This document shows, piece after piece, positions 13,631 through 27,214 of a stretch of 64,000 nucleotides of DNA. The stretch comes from Octopus vulgaris. Lineage: Eukaryota. Location of the stretch: the NCBI GenBank assembly GCA_951406725.2, contig OX597820.1, positions 75,764,001 to 75,828,000 on the forward strand, given 5' to 3'. Numbering within the stretch: position 1 is the stretch's first letter; each line of letters opens with the position of its first letter. The position numbers and the translations under genes were made by a program. A model generated the notes under the pieces. The model made no database searches, was not told where the DNA came from, and saw nothing but the letters and a program-made list of their open reading frames with translations.

Positions 13631-14466
13631 TATCAGTTTTATTTCTGAGACGCTTTGTTACGGGGGCGTAAAATATACTATCACCGGTTGTCAATTTATG
13701 GCAGGACACACACATAGTATTTCCGTCTGCCATATTACTCACAAGGCTATGGTCGGCCAAGGGCTATAGTTAAAGACACTTGGCCAAAGCGCCATTCAGT
13801 GGAACAGAACACGAAACCCCGTTGTTGCTTTAACGGAGTTCTTAACGTCACAAGTATGCATGCACTTCTACCATGCCTGCGTGTAATATGATATGATACC
13901 ATATGATATACGATCTAATGTGTGTGTGTGTTTGTATGTGTGTGTGTGTATATGTGTGCGTGTGTGTGTTTGTGCGTGCGTGAATATATACATATAAATT
14001 ATTAGGGCTTCATAAAACTGGACGTGATATCTTCAAATGGAAAATATATATTATAAACTCTTGGGGGGGGGGGGGTCAATGTTTATTATTCCCACATTTG
14101 TGGTGTTATACCGTTACAGTGACATACTTCGGTTGTCATCATAGGCGCAGTTGTAGCTGTATGGTAAAAAGCTTGCTTTCCAACCGCATGGTTCCGGGTT
14201 CAGTCCCATTAAATGACAGCTTAGGGAAGTGTCTTCTATTATAGGCTCGGGCCCAAGGCCTTGGGAGTGGATTTAGAAGATAGAAACTGAAAGAAGCCCT
14301 TCGTATATATATATATATATATATACTGAGAGAGAGGGAGAGAGAGAGAGAGAGATAGACGGATAGAAAACTGAAAGTTATGTACTTACAAACGTACATA
14401 CATGAATGCATACGTACATACATGAATACATACATACATACATACATACATACATACATACATACA

Positions 14467-14496
<30 letters not shown>

Positions 14497-14497
<1 letters not shown>

Positions 14498-14832
14498 GAT
14501 GGCCGTCCACTAGTGACAGAGGAAGACCATTGCTGGCCTTCAGGAACATTGTGCGCTCTAGGTCTATCTTATATTTTGTATTTGCGGTTCTGTTGGAGGC
14601 TAATGAGTCCTGCTCTTGACAAGCATGCACCACTGCAAACGTTACAAACCAAGCTTTCCCCATTCACTACACCAGCTGTGGGCTTTCGAGCAGCACGCTT
14701 AAATCCTTCATGCAATATTTGTGCTCTCTCAAAAGTGTCGATCCCTTCCTTAACCCGTCTCCTCCATCTGTGGCGATGACAGGCATTGCTCTTCCAGTCA
14801 GTCTTCTGCATATCACAGGCCTTTAAATCATA
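14497..14832 (-). mobile_element. RTE-clade LINE 3' fragment
   Basis: DLKACDMQKTDWKSNACHRHRWRRRVKEGIDTFE..CNVCSGACLSRAGLIS matches an RTE C-terminus with zinc finger. It ends in (TATG)n. Confidence 0.8.
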
Positions 14833-14867
14833 GATACATACATACGTACATACGTACATACATACAT

Positions 14868-15200
14868 CGAAACTTCCAGCTTCTGTATCCAGATTATAAA
14901 TACACATTTATAGCAATAATAAATGGTGCATTTGGTTTTGTAAATGCTTAACTGTCAATCTGGATAAGCTAGGGTCTCAGAAAAAAACCAAAAAAACCCC
15001 CAGAAATCAACCGAGTAACAGGCACATTGAAAATATAATCTGCAAATGAAACCGTAAAACTATGCAAAACTTTTCTTAGATTTAAAATGTGACATTGTTT
15101 CCGTTATCTACATTCCAAAGATGGAGCTTCGTATCTTTGTCAGAAAGCAGTTCCTTCTTCAGAGGAAGAATTTAAGTGATTAAAAACAGAAGAGAACAAA
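14868..15200 (+). mobile_element. REL-endonuclease (R4/Dong-like) retrotransposon 3' fragment, family B
   Basis: LLYPDYKYTFIAIINGAFGFV..NLDKLG..ETVKLCKTFLRFKM* plus the shared 3' UTR. Flanked by CATA repeats. Confidence 0.7.
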
Positions 15201-15715
15201 CATACATATATCATCTGTACGTATATGTGCGTGTGTGTGTTCTTACATAAATTTGCACAATTACCCATACCTTCATCCACGCTCTTAATACGAAGAAATA
15301 TAAACATAGTTTACAGGGGTATGTTCGTGGTGCATGCAAATCAACTTCATATGTTTGCAGTTATATGCTTCCATACATTTATGAGCACGTGTGTATGCGT
15401 ATATGTGTGTATGTGTGTGTTTTGTATATCTTCAGAGTTGCGTTTTTTTCTGTTTCCTCGAGAATCTATCAAATATCCATACGATCAATCACGTTGTGTC
15501 TTTATTCAGCATTTTTTAAAGCTTTTTAATCCGATCAAATTTTTTCTGCAGCTTTAAAAATATTTCCTGTCCTTTTTTTTTGGGTGGGAGGGGGAAGAAA
15601 TTTTTATAAATTTTTCCTCTTTCGCTTTGCATTTAACTTTCGCTTTCATTCACCTAATGTATGTGTGTACGTATATTTATATACGAGTATTTGCATGTAT
15701 ATATATATGTATATG

Positions 15716-15759
<44 letters not shown>

Positions 15760-15760
<1 letters not shown>

Positions 15761-16095
15761 ATAAAACGGTAAGATAACAAAAGAAAGAAAGAGACCTCAA
15801 TATTATGTAAATAGAGGAAATTTATCTATACAATATGTTACATTACTCGGTAGTCAAGATAAAACTCTGAGTTTCAGATGCCCAAGTGGAAATCCACAAC
15901 ACCATCTCTTCGGTTATCTGGCTATTTGAAAACGTTATGAAAAAAAAAAAAAAAAAAAAAAAAATCTTTTTTTTTTTTTTTTTTCATAACGTTTTCAAAT
16001 AGCCAGATAACCGAAGAGATGGTGTTGTGGATTTCCACTTCGGCATCTGAAACTCAGAGTTTTATCTTGACTACCAGTAATGTAACATATTGTAT

Positions 16096-16100
<5 letters not shown>
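15760..16100. mobile_element. Near-perfect foldback (arms about 15824-15945 / 15981-16099) with poly(A)/poly(T) centre, between (TA)n tracts; PLE-like
   Basis: The arms differ by about one mismatch and one indel, and each carries a hammerhead-like fold. Confidence 0.8.
16005..16067 (+). ncRNA. Minimal type-I hammerhead variant (CCGAAGA core)
   Basis: Stem I agataa/ttatct; CCGAAGA; stem II gatg..gtgga/tccac..catc; GAAA; near-palindromic ACTCAGAGT; GTT triplet. Confidence 0.65.
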
Positions 16101-16134
<34 letters not shown>

Positions 16135-16278
16135 GTATGTGTGTGTATGTGTGTGTGGGGGGTGGGGGGTGTATAGATGTATATATACACATATATATAT
16201 ATATATATAAACATATATATATGTATATATATATATACACGTATATATATATATATATATATATATTTACATATACAT

Positions 16279-16310
<32 letters not shown>

Positions 16311-17040
16311 GATATACTTTATGACTTGTCCTTCCCTTTTCTAGATTTCATTTCTTCATATTCATCTGTCTCTGAAATAGTCGGTTTACAAATCTATAAA
16401 CAACATTTATATATACTTGCATATATATGAGTGTGTGTGTGTATGTTTGTGTGTGTATTTATATATATATATATATATATGTATATGTATATTGATGTAC
16501 CTTGATCCTTATGGAAACATATAACAAATATATGTTTATCTATACGTGCTCACACACAGACATAAGCGTGTGTATGTGTGTATGTGTGTGTGTCTGTGAC
16601 TCTTTCAGTATATGAGCGCGGATGCTTATAAGCAAGAGTGTCTTTATGTCTCTCTATCTTTATGCTCCAGTTCCCACAGGTTAGTATGTGTTGGGCCCAG
16701 TGTTTCTGTGTGTGCACAATACTATTTTCCGAACTATAAGTCACTCCCCCACATTCTCTGAGACACTTTCTGTTCTTGTGTGGCCTACCAAGACATCACT
16801 GATACAGGAAATCTAGAATGGTACGCAATTCTTTGTTCTAACCCATAAAAGCTCTCTTTCTGTTAATGTCTTGAGTAGCCATAAATTTTCCGTCTCGCAT
16901 GCATTGCTACGTTGAGAAACGAACCTTAACTGATCACTTAGAGACTTATCGCTTCTTTATGGCAATCTAAATATGTTTCAGCGTAACGGGAGCATTCTAT
17001 CTAAACATATATATAAATATGTTGTATGTATGTGTATGTC

Positions 17041-17102
<62 letters not shown>

Positions 17103-17107
17103 CACAT

Positions 17108-17176
<69 letters not shown>

Positions 17177-17238
17177 TATACATATATTTATATATATATA
17201 TGTATATGAATATATGTGTTATATACATACACATACAT

Positions 17239-17276
<38 letters not shown>

Positions 17277-17376
17277 TGTATATGCATACACATTAGTTTT
17301 CGATATGTTTTTGCAGCGGCGGGAGTGCGATGTATTTGTGTTTATGGATGTATGTTTACTAGTGCGCGCGTGCACG

Positions 17377-17443
<67 letters not shown>

Positions 17444-18039
17444 CAAGATATATCTCTACATAGGTACACGTGAAAACAAATCCATATTAACATGAGTATC
17501 CAGAGACAGACTTTCTACATTAATATATATATATATATACATTAATATACTCCTGCGTTAATCACATTAGCTATCCTGGCGCTATTGTAAACATAAGAGC
17601 TGTATTTACATATGTATGTAGCATTTATCCTTTTCTAGTTTCAATTATTTAACTGCGCCCATGTTGGGGCACCATCATGAACGGTTTGCTCGAATAAAAT
17701 CGACGCCAGTATCTTTTTATAGGTCTGGTACTTATACAGTTGGTGTCTACTTACTGAAGCGCTAATTTCTGGGGATGTAAACAAACGAAAGCCGGTTGTC
17801 AAGCGATGGCCGCGAACAATCCCTAACACATGCATTCATAAATGCATCCATGCATACATACATACATACATACATATACATACATACATACATACATACA
17901 TACATACACACATACATACATACATACATACATACATACATACATACATACATACATACATACATACAAACATACATACATATATACATACATACATACA
18001 TACATATATACATACATACATATATACATACATGGGTAG

Positions 18040-18812
18040 ATATCCTGTATGCTAGAGAGTAAAGGCTGTATTGACAGTAAGCGTAGCTACTCCTGGAACT
18101 GCGATAGATACGTTACATCCCACCTACAAGGATATGCCTTTACTAACCACGAAAAAGTGATAGCAGCTAAATATCTGATAAACAAAAGGAACAAAAATAC
18201 TACCAGACCTCCATGTTGTGATAAACAAAATGTCGGCTCTATTATACCAGTGTGAATGTTATCACCAACACTATCAACAGCGGTCCCAAACTGTCTACGA
18301 GATACTACAAGCCCCACGAGGCATGATATATTTGCAACGATTATTTACAATGCTATCCACAGGAAGGACTGACTTGACGTATTCATCAAAGGCATGTCAG
18401 AACCAGCATGTATTCACCTCTCTAAAGACAAGGAATACTGGCGAAACATTCCAATACAAACAGTAATTCGGTGCAAACACGGGAGTCCTGATAGTGTTCT
18501 TTGGAACAGAGAACTAGTCGTGCACTCTTGTAACGCTCGTCTATCCACCGGATGTGAATGCACAATCGAAAGTTCAAGAACAAGAGAATATCTACGACGA
18601 ATTCATACGGACCTCACAGCCCTTGTGCTCTGACTATAAAATTCTCATTGGTACTTATCACCATTGGTAGATTAGGTTATGTACAAAAACATTTACACAA
18701 ATACTCGGTTTCCCAGAGAAAGGGCAAAAAAGTAAATAATTATAAATAAAAACTGACGCAGATCTCCAAACGAAATCTATTGGTGACACAGTCAAGGCTT
18801 GTAAGATATTCG
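18040..18812 (+). mobile_element. R4/Dong-like REL retrotransposon fragment, family B
   Basis: TSHLQGYAFTNHEKVIAAKYL; zinc-knuckle remnant (PKLSTRYY..RHD); EYWRNIPIQTVIRCKHGSPDSVLWNRE (RPD-like motif); ITIGRLGYV; SIGDTVKACKIF. Preceded by (CATA)n. Confidence 0.75.
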
Positions 18813-19220
18813 TTACTCTTTACTCTTTTACTTGTTTCAGTCATGTGACTGTGGCCATACTGGAGCACCGCCTTTAGTCGATCAAATCGACCCCAAGACT
18901 TATTCGTTGTAAGTCTAGTACTGTCGGTCTCTTTTACCGAACCGCTAGGTTACGGGAATGTAAACACACCAGCATCGGTTGTCAAGCGATGTTGGGGGGA
19001 CAAACACAGACAAACAAACATATACACACACATACATATATATATATATATACATATATACGACGAACTTTTTTCAGTCTCCGTGTACCAAATCCACTCA
19101 CAAGGCTTTGGTCGGCACGTGGCTATAGTAGAAGACACTTGCCCAAGGTGCCACGCAGTGGGACTGTACCCGGAACCATGTAGTTGATAAGCAAGCTACT
19201 TGCTACATACCACACAGCCG
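18812..19220 (-). mobile_element. SINE family B (tRNA head, CORE-like segment, internal TA/CA microsatellite, gtaaaaga tail)
   Basis: ggctgtgtggta..ggttccgggtacagtcccactgcgtggcaccttgggcaagtgtcttctac. More than 12 full or partial copies, e.g. about 6400-6930, 14143, 21440, 28230, 31568, 40600, 54120, 56180 and 61935. Confidence 0.85.
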
Positions 19221-19812
19221 TGAATAGATGCACACTTAGTTGTATGTAATGGCAGTTTAAGCAACGCACCAAATCTACCACATATTTACAAACACCGTGA
19301 ACTCTCGTAACACAAAATACCTTGTAGCTTTGTTCGAAACGGGTTTGTTAGAAACGGGTTTGAACTTTCTTAAGAACTTAAATAATACACAAAGAGAAGA
19401 CATATATTGATACGTACGTATATACATACACAATAGAAGACTTTCGTAGGCTGAGAAAGATGGTCCTGAATTTTTTTTTTTCCTGAGTAACCTGCACAAA
19501 GACTTTGTTTATAGTGATCAAATTCATGTGCTGTATATCAGTTTACACCCTCTATCAAACCAATGTTGCTTGTACAGATGTCGATGTATACGCAGAGCAA
19601 CGTGAGAGAGCGTGTTTTGGCCCAAAACACAACACACCACCCTCTCTGTGATTTCAAACTGCTATCTCATGATCGTGGGGGCCACAGTTTAACCACTAGT
19701 CCATGCGTACTCATACATACGCACATACAAATCTATTCAGAAAGGATGGAGCTATAGCAGAAGACACTTTCCCAAGGTGCCATCAGTATATATACACATA
19801 TATATATAAAGG

Positions 19813-19903
<91 letters not shown>

Positions 19904-20240
19904 ATGTGTGTGTGTGTGTGTGTATATAGGTATACATATGTATTACATATGTATGCATGTATGCATGTGTGTATATTTATATATATAATCCTATAAACGA
20001 CCCTATTTTGATAAGGTAATAAATACACGGGAGATTTAGTATGGAAGTATCGTTAAGGGCATAAGATGTCAGTCTTTTGTCAGATATGTTACTCAAAACA
20101 TACGTATTCCCTGTACTGCTTGGATTGAAATATACTTATAAATGTATAAATATATGGAGACACACACACACACACACACGCACACACACACACACACACG
20201 CACACACACACACACACATTCTCGCTTTCTCTATATACAT

Positions 20241-21125
20241 ATACAAGAGCTGATCAATAAGTATCCGGACTGTTGCCGTAGTAACGAAGCTAAGGCACGC
20301 AGAGTAAAGCTGCTTGGCTCTACTGCTGTTGAGATGCATTAAGTTTTGACTTTCTAATTCACTTCCGATATTTACAGCAGTGCTTGGAAGGAACGTGTGT
20401 AGCGTGTGATCGTTGCATTGAACATGACAGAGAAAGTTTTCATGGCGATACCTGATCAGAAGCCTATACAAAATTGCAGAAAATGTATAAAGACGAAAGT
20501 ATAAGCCGCATACAAGTGTACGAGTGGTTCATACGTTTCCAAGATGGCCAAAAAAATGTCTATATTGATGAACTTTCTGGGAGATCCGCAACCAGCAGAA
20601 CTGAGAAATATATCGCAAATGTGCATGCAGCTGTGAGGGGAAATCATCGAATCACCATCCGTGAGTTATCAAAGGATATGCAGATTAGTTAAGGTTCAAT
20701 TCAGCCCATTATCACTGAAGATTTGGATATGAGACGCATGTCTGCCATCTTTGTGCCCAAACGTTTCAGCTGAGCAAGAAGACACTCGAGTTTCACTTGC
20801 ATAAAATTTCATTGATTGTGCCGAGAACGATGAAAACTCATTGGAAACTTTGCATAGGCCTCTGAGCAGGTATCGCCAAGCTTTTGACAAAATTTGGTGC
20901 CGATTCTCTGCTCAACTTTTTCTGTCATGGTCAATGCGACAATCACACGCTACACACCTTAACCTCCAAGCACTGCTGTAAACAGCGGAAGTGAGCAAGA
21001 ACGTTAAAACTTAGTGCACATGCACAGCTAGTATCAAAGTTAATCTGTGCACAGATGCTTGACTCTGTGTATTTCAGCTTCGTTAATATGGCAACAGTCC
21101 GGATACTTGTGGATCAGACTACATA
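20241..21125. mobile_element. Non-autonomous mariner derivative with two 5' ends (long inverted arms)
   Basis: TIR aagtatccggactgttgcc at both ends. The + strand encodes the transposase N-terminus (VYEWFIRFQDGQ..SGRSATS..RITIRELS..FVPK). The right arm (-) again encodes MTEKVEQRIGTKFCQKLGDTCSEAY. Confidence 0.85.
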
Positions 21126-21596
21126 CATTCACATGCACGTATGCATGAAAACATTAAAGATATTTTAAAAAGGCATAATGTGGTGTTCTGTATCGAAATG
21201 GTTGAGAATCGCGGTTTCTGATCCCAACTATTACTATTCTAACACATTGCACCGGCGCATGTTATTCTTCAATACAAACTACAATATCCGATTCACACTC
21301 ATTTCTATTCTTTTCTTGTTGTTTAAACATAATTTATACTGAATTATATATTTTTTTTTGCTATAACCTTTCGTAAATTGATTGCGTAGTGTGGATCCCG
21401 AAGGATTGGAAGTCAACGCCCATAATTATAATTTGGTACAGGCGCAGGAGTGGCTGTGTGGTAAAAATTTTGCTTCTCAACCACATAGTTCCGGGTTCAG
21501 TTCCACTTGGGCAAGTGTCTTCCTACATAGCTTCGCGTCTGTTAAAATCTTGCGAGTGGATTTGGTAGACGAAAACTAAAAGCCTGTCGTATATAT

Positions 21597-21677
<81 letters not shown>

Positions 21678-21708
21678 TATACATATTTATACATATATAT
21701 ACATATTT

Positions 21709-21767
<59 letters not shown>

Positions 21768-21831
21768 GTTATGTATATATGTGTGTGTATGTATGTATGC
21801 ATATAGCTATGTGTATGTTGCAATTATTCAG

Positions 21832-22017
21832 ATCACCGCAACTGCCACCATCCTCATCACATTAACCCAGGGAGATTTTCAATCTGAGCTAGCAACTGCA
21901 TCGATGTATCAGTTGACAATGGTAACCGGCCCTGTTCTTCTTCCTCTGACAAAAGGCTTCATCGGTCAGTGTGGAAACATGTAACTGCGCCTTCATCCCC
22001 AAGGTGACGATTTAAAG
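21832..22017 (+). other. Weak candidate exon / unique GC-richer island
   Basis: ttattcag acceptor with possible aag|gtgacg or aag|gtggca donors. No frame is open across the whole length. Confidence 0.2.
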
Positions 22018-22299
22018 GTGGCATTTCTGATTTCGTATTTTTTTTTTTCATTTGGTAAATGTCCTTTCTTTCCTTTCTTCGCGCTGCTATTTTCTAAGGA
22101 AGGTGCAATGGCGGTAAGAGTTCTGCAACGCTGTCATTTTGGTCAGGCTCTGAACGAAGATCCCAATCAAATGCTGCGTTCCAATGTTATAAGTTCTTCA
22201 CCAATTTACTATCCAAGAGTTGCATTTTATTTCTTCAAGGCTGAAAAAACAAAAGCAAAAATTAAATTTGTAGAAATTGAAATAGTAATTATTTCAAAT

Positions 22300-23310
22300 T
22301 TTGCCACAAGGGCAGCTTGGATTGGATGGGATTGAGTCGATTACATCGACCCTAGTGTTAAACTGGTATTTATTTTATCGACCCCGAAAGGATGGAAGGC
22401 AAAGTTGACCTCGGTGGAGTTTGTATTTAGAGCATGAAGACGGACAAAAAGCTGCCAAATATTTTGCCATAGGCTAACGATTCTGCCAGGCTTCAAGTTT
22501 TGGTACAAGAGCAACAGTTTGGGATTAGGTTGAAAGTTATTTGTATCGACACTAACTCTCAGTTGGTTCCTATTTTACTGACTTTGAAAGGATGGAAGAC
22601 AAACTCGACCTTCACGGAATTTGAACTCAGAATATAAAGACGGTCAAATGTCACGAAGCATTGCCCAGTGGCATGTTAATATTTATTCTTTTCTACTCAA
22701 GGCACAAGGCCAGAAATGTTTGAGAAGGGGTCCAGTTCATTAGATCAACCCCAGTACGCAACTAGTAATTAATTCCTCGACCCCGAAAGGATGAAAGGCC
22801 TAGTCGACCTCGGTGGAATTTGAACTCAGAACATAAAGATAGACGAAATACTGCTACGCATTTTGCCTGGCGTGCTAACGTTTCTTATTTCTTCATTTCT
22901 CACAAGAGGCTAAACATAGATGAGACAAACAAGGAAAAACAAAGGGATTAAGTCGATTAGATCGACCCCAGTACGTAACTGGTACTTAATTTATCGAACC
23001 CAAAAGGATGAAAGGTTAAGTCGACCTGGGCAGAATTTGAACTCAGAACGTAACGGCAGACGAAATACATTTTTCTTTACTACCCACAAGGGGCTAAACA
23101 CAGAGGGGACAAACAAGGACAGACAAACGGATTAAGTCGATTATATCGACCCCAGGGCGTAACTGGTACTTAATTTATCGACCTCGAAAGGATGAAAGGC
23201 AAAGTCGACGTCGGCGGAATTTGAACTCAGAACGTAACGGCAGACGAAATACTGCTAAACATTTCGCTCGGCATGCTAACGTTTCTGCCAGTTCGCTGAC
23301 TTTCGCCTTT
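22300..23310 (-). mobile_element. Cluster of about five SINE family A copies, nested
   Basis: Repeated gaaaggatg..aagg..gac central domains, with junctions at about 22884 and 23070. Confidence 0.85.
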
Positions 23311-23764
23311 GACATTTTATTTCAGCAAACAAGTAAACAACCAAGAATAAAAGACGACTTCACAGCAAGTCAACACCATATTCTAATTTGAATATATTTT
23401 ACTTTATTCCTGCCTTTATTACCCTTGAAAATGGTATAATCATTACACATCTCGTTTCGTTTCGTATGAAATCCAGAGCATTTAACCTTTATCAAAGAGT
23501 CACCAAAATTTTTAATATCAAAAGCCATTTCATCTCTTTACACTCCACCCAGATCTGGAAATATATGTTTTTATCTCTGTAAAACACACTTAATTTGCTT
23601 ATACTTTTCTTTTACCCTTTCCTTTTTCTTTCTTGCCATTTAAGAAATTTCCTTCTCATTCATACTCCCCAGGTGTTCTTGCTATCAACTGACGAAACAG
23701 GAGTCTTGCAATAACTTAAGTTATTACTTGTTATAACTTAAGTACGAAACCCTTTCTCCTTCCA

Positions 23765-23854
<90 letters not shown>

Positions 23855-24173
23855 CATCATCATCACATTTTTTTTCTTGTTTATCATTGCCGGTAATTTC
23901 TATGATTAATCCCATTTGTGAATGAAACAGAGAGAAAAAAACAAAAACAAAAACAAAAAACACACAAACAAAAAAACGAAGGATAAATCATAAATAACCT
24001 CATGTTCTTCTATTTCCCCTAAAAGTTGTAAAAGGTAGCCAAAAGCATCACCTGGTACTAAATGATTGATGCCGTATCCAGTGAGATAAGTGTAAAAATA
24101 TTTCCCTAGGCAACTTCAAATGATCCCCCATTTTTTTTTTGAATTTATGCTCTTATTATTATCATTATTATTA

Positions 24174-24334
<161 letters not shown>

Positions 24335-24736
24335 TGTTTTGGTTGGGGTTTCTGTATTTGTTTGTTTGCAACGGTAGTCTGAAAAGAAAACCGGTGGTAG
24401 CTAATTTTTAACCATTAACTTACATGTGCAAAAGAAGTTATATCTAAACACAACACGCTGTTAGGAGTCCGTGTAAACATAGAGCTCACACTTGACTAAA
24501 CCACGATCTCAGAAGGGCTCGGAAAAAAGTTATATATGCATACATACATACATACATACATACACACACATATACACACACACATATATATATGTATATA
24601 TATATATGTGTGTGTGTGCGTGTTTATTTCAGAATGAAGCCACAGATATGCTAAATGGGTACCTCTGTACACACACACATATACACACAAACACACACAC
24701 ACATATATGTATGCATGCACATATGTGTGCATATGG

Positions 24737-24794
<58 letters not shown>

Positions 24795-25754
24795 GTATAT
24801 ACATGTATATGCTTATATATAAGCACACACATGCGTACACACGCTCACACACACGCACATACACACATGCATACATGTATACATACATACATGCATACAT
24901 ACATACATACATGCATACATACATAAATATACAAGCACACTTAGCTATGTCTGCCTGTATGTATTAAGGAGGAGTATTAAAAAGTGACTAACTATAATGA
25001 TGTTAATAATAATAATTTATATTGGCACCGGGCCATCACTTTGGGAGAGAGAGAGAGAGAGAGGCGGGGAGCTGGTCGTTGAAACCGACCGGGGTGGATT
25101 ACTTACCCTCAACAAATTCTGGTTCTCTCTCCGCCTAAAAAACCGTTAAATACATTGAATTTCTACTTCGTTATTTTCTTCGTTTTCATGTAGAATTTTT
25201 CCTTATTTTTTGTTCTTTATTTCCTTTTTTTTTATTTTGCTTTCTTTGTTCGTGATTCGTTAATTAACATCTAGATGTTAATTAATTAGCTGTAAAATGC
25301 TGGTGTTTATGTAATTAGAATTATTCTTCACCCTCTAAGGAGCAAGAGTAAAGTTTTTCTTTGGTGACATGCTAATACTGTGTACGTAATAGGATATAAA
25401 GAAATTAACGCGGGTATTTAATCCTTTATTTAACCAATCCTGCCATGCCCATCATCAATGGTAACAGGATAACAAATTTCGCGTGATCGGGTAGTCGATA
25501 CAATCGACTCCTCGACTTGATTATCTCCTTACCTTTATCCTTTACTTGTTTTAGTCTTTGGACTATGGCCACGCTGGAGCCTCACCTATACGGGTTTCGT
25601 CGAAAAAAATTAACAATAGTAGTTCTTTATGTTTGAAGCTTATTGTATAGGATCCTTTTGCTCTACCGCAGGTTTACGGAGACGTAAACAAACAGAGACT
25701 TATTGTCTAGCAGTGAATGCGAACAACCACAACCACACACAGAACAGACACACA

Positions 25755-25806
<52 letters not shown>

Positions 25807-26304
25807 TACATAAATGCATATAAATACGTACACACATACATATTCATATAAATTTACACATACTCGTATATATATCAAAAGAATGTGTTCTAATACTATT
25901 CCACATATATAAGAACAGCCATACAAACAATCCAATATACCTCCATCATCAGCAACCTCACAGAAATTATTATTGTTTCGACACCTGGGCAGTACCATTT
26001 AATCTGGCGGTGTCAACAGCACTAAAATTGGTGTTGTCTGGGAAGAAACATACTAGAAAAACCACAACTTTCAAACAAATTTGTCCTGTGTACAACATTA
26101 CCGGTAAATAAATTCAATAAATAAAGCTATTCCTAAATACGTAACTAATCAGCGTCCAGTCCATTAATTCATACAAAAAATATTCCCTACTGTTTTCCAT
26201 AGCATAATATGAAAGTGAAACCTTTAGAACCTCATTTATTCAATCTAAATCAAAACAGGATTAAACACTAACTTTAGAATTGAACTACAGCATACATACA
26301 TACA

Positions 26305-26338
<34 letters not shown>

Positions 26339-26397
26339 CATACATACGTATGTATATATATATATATGTGTGTGTGAGTGCGTGTGTGTGTGTGTAT

Positions 26398-26740
26398 GTA
26401 AAGTAAAAAGTAAAAGAGTTAAAAGGAAGAATAAGTACGGTTAGGCAGTTTGTTAATCACTACAAATGTTTCGATACATACAGATCCTCGTATACACAGG
26501 ATTTAAAGTTAAGTTTAAATTAAATTATGTAACGATTTACCTGTATAAGAAGATCTATATGAATCTCCTCAGGTGATACTCATTTGCTGTCTTATACAGG
26601 AAAATCGTTACATAATTTAATTGAAGCTTAACTTTAAAGCTCTGTATATACGAGGATCTGTATATGTACCGAAACATTTGTAGCGATTAAAAAGCTGCCT
26701 AACCGTACTTACTCTACCTTTTGACTCTTTTACTTTTTAC
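26398..26740. mobile_element. Foldback element (arms about 26398-26550 / 26590-26740) between microsatellites; PLE-like
   Basis: For example gtacggttaggcag / ctgcctaaccgtac and tacagatcctcgtata / tatacgaggatctgta. Confidence 0.85.
26456..26577 (-). ncRNA. Type-I hammerhead ribozyme with long extended stem II
   Basis: Minus strand: atcac-CTGAGGA-gattcatatagatctt..aggatctgtatgtatc-GAAAC-attt-GTA-gtgat. Stem I is perfect and the core is canonical. Confidence 0.75.
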
Positions 26741-26770
26741 CTTATGTTTTCACACATGAGAAATGCCTAA

Positions 26771-26827
<57 letters not shown>

Positions 26828-27081
26828 CAAGTTTTCATCACTGGCTTGTGATTAACACACCTTGGGAACGGTTAACCACACGGAAACTCGAGTCCGTGTG
26901 TATTAGGTAAGGCTAGAGATGAGAGCAATGACCTCACCTCGCAAATACTAATTGGACACAACTGTTTGTCGTTAATCAGCAGGAAGGGAACTATTCCTGG
27001 GTCAATAAACGTCAGTAGTACTGTCCTGTATAGGACGCCAGATTTGGTTGGCAATTATATGTTACGATTCCGAACTGCTTC

Positions 27082-27133
<52 letters not shown>

Positions 27134-27214
27134 CATACATAAATACATACATACATACATACATGCATACATATATATATGTATGCATGTATATTTATAT
27201 GCGTGTGTGTGTCT

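Larger units (their letters stand above)
12294..14142 (+). repeat. Long-range inverted repeat (arms 12294-12431 and 13996-14142)
   Basis: Perfect 27-bp block tttgaagatatcacgtccagttttatg and perfect 19-bp block atgatgacaaccgaagtat, with good pairing elsewhere. Confidence 0.9.
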
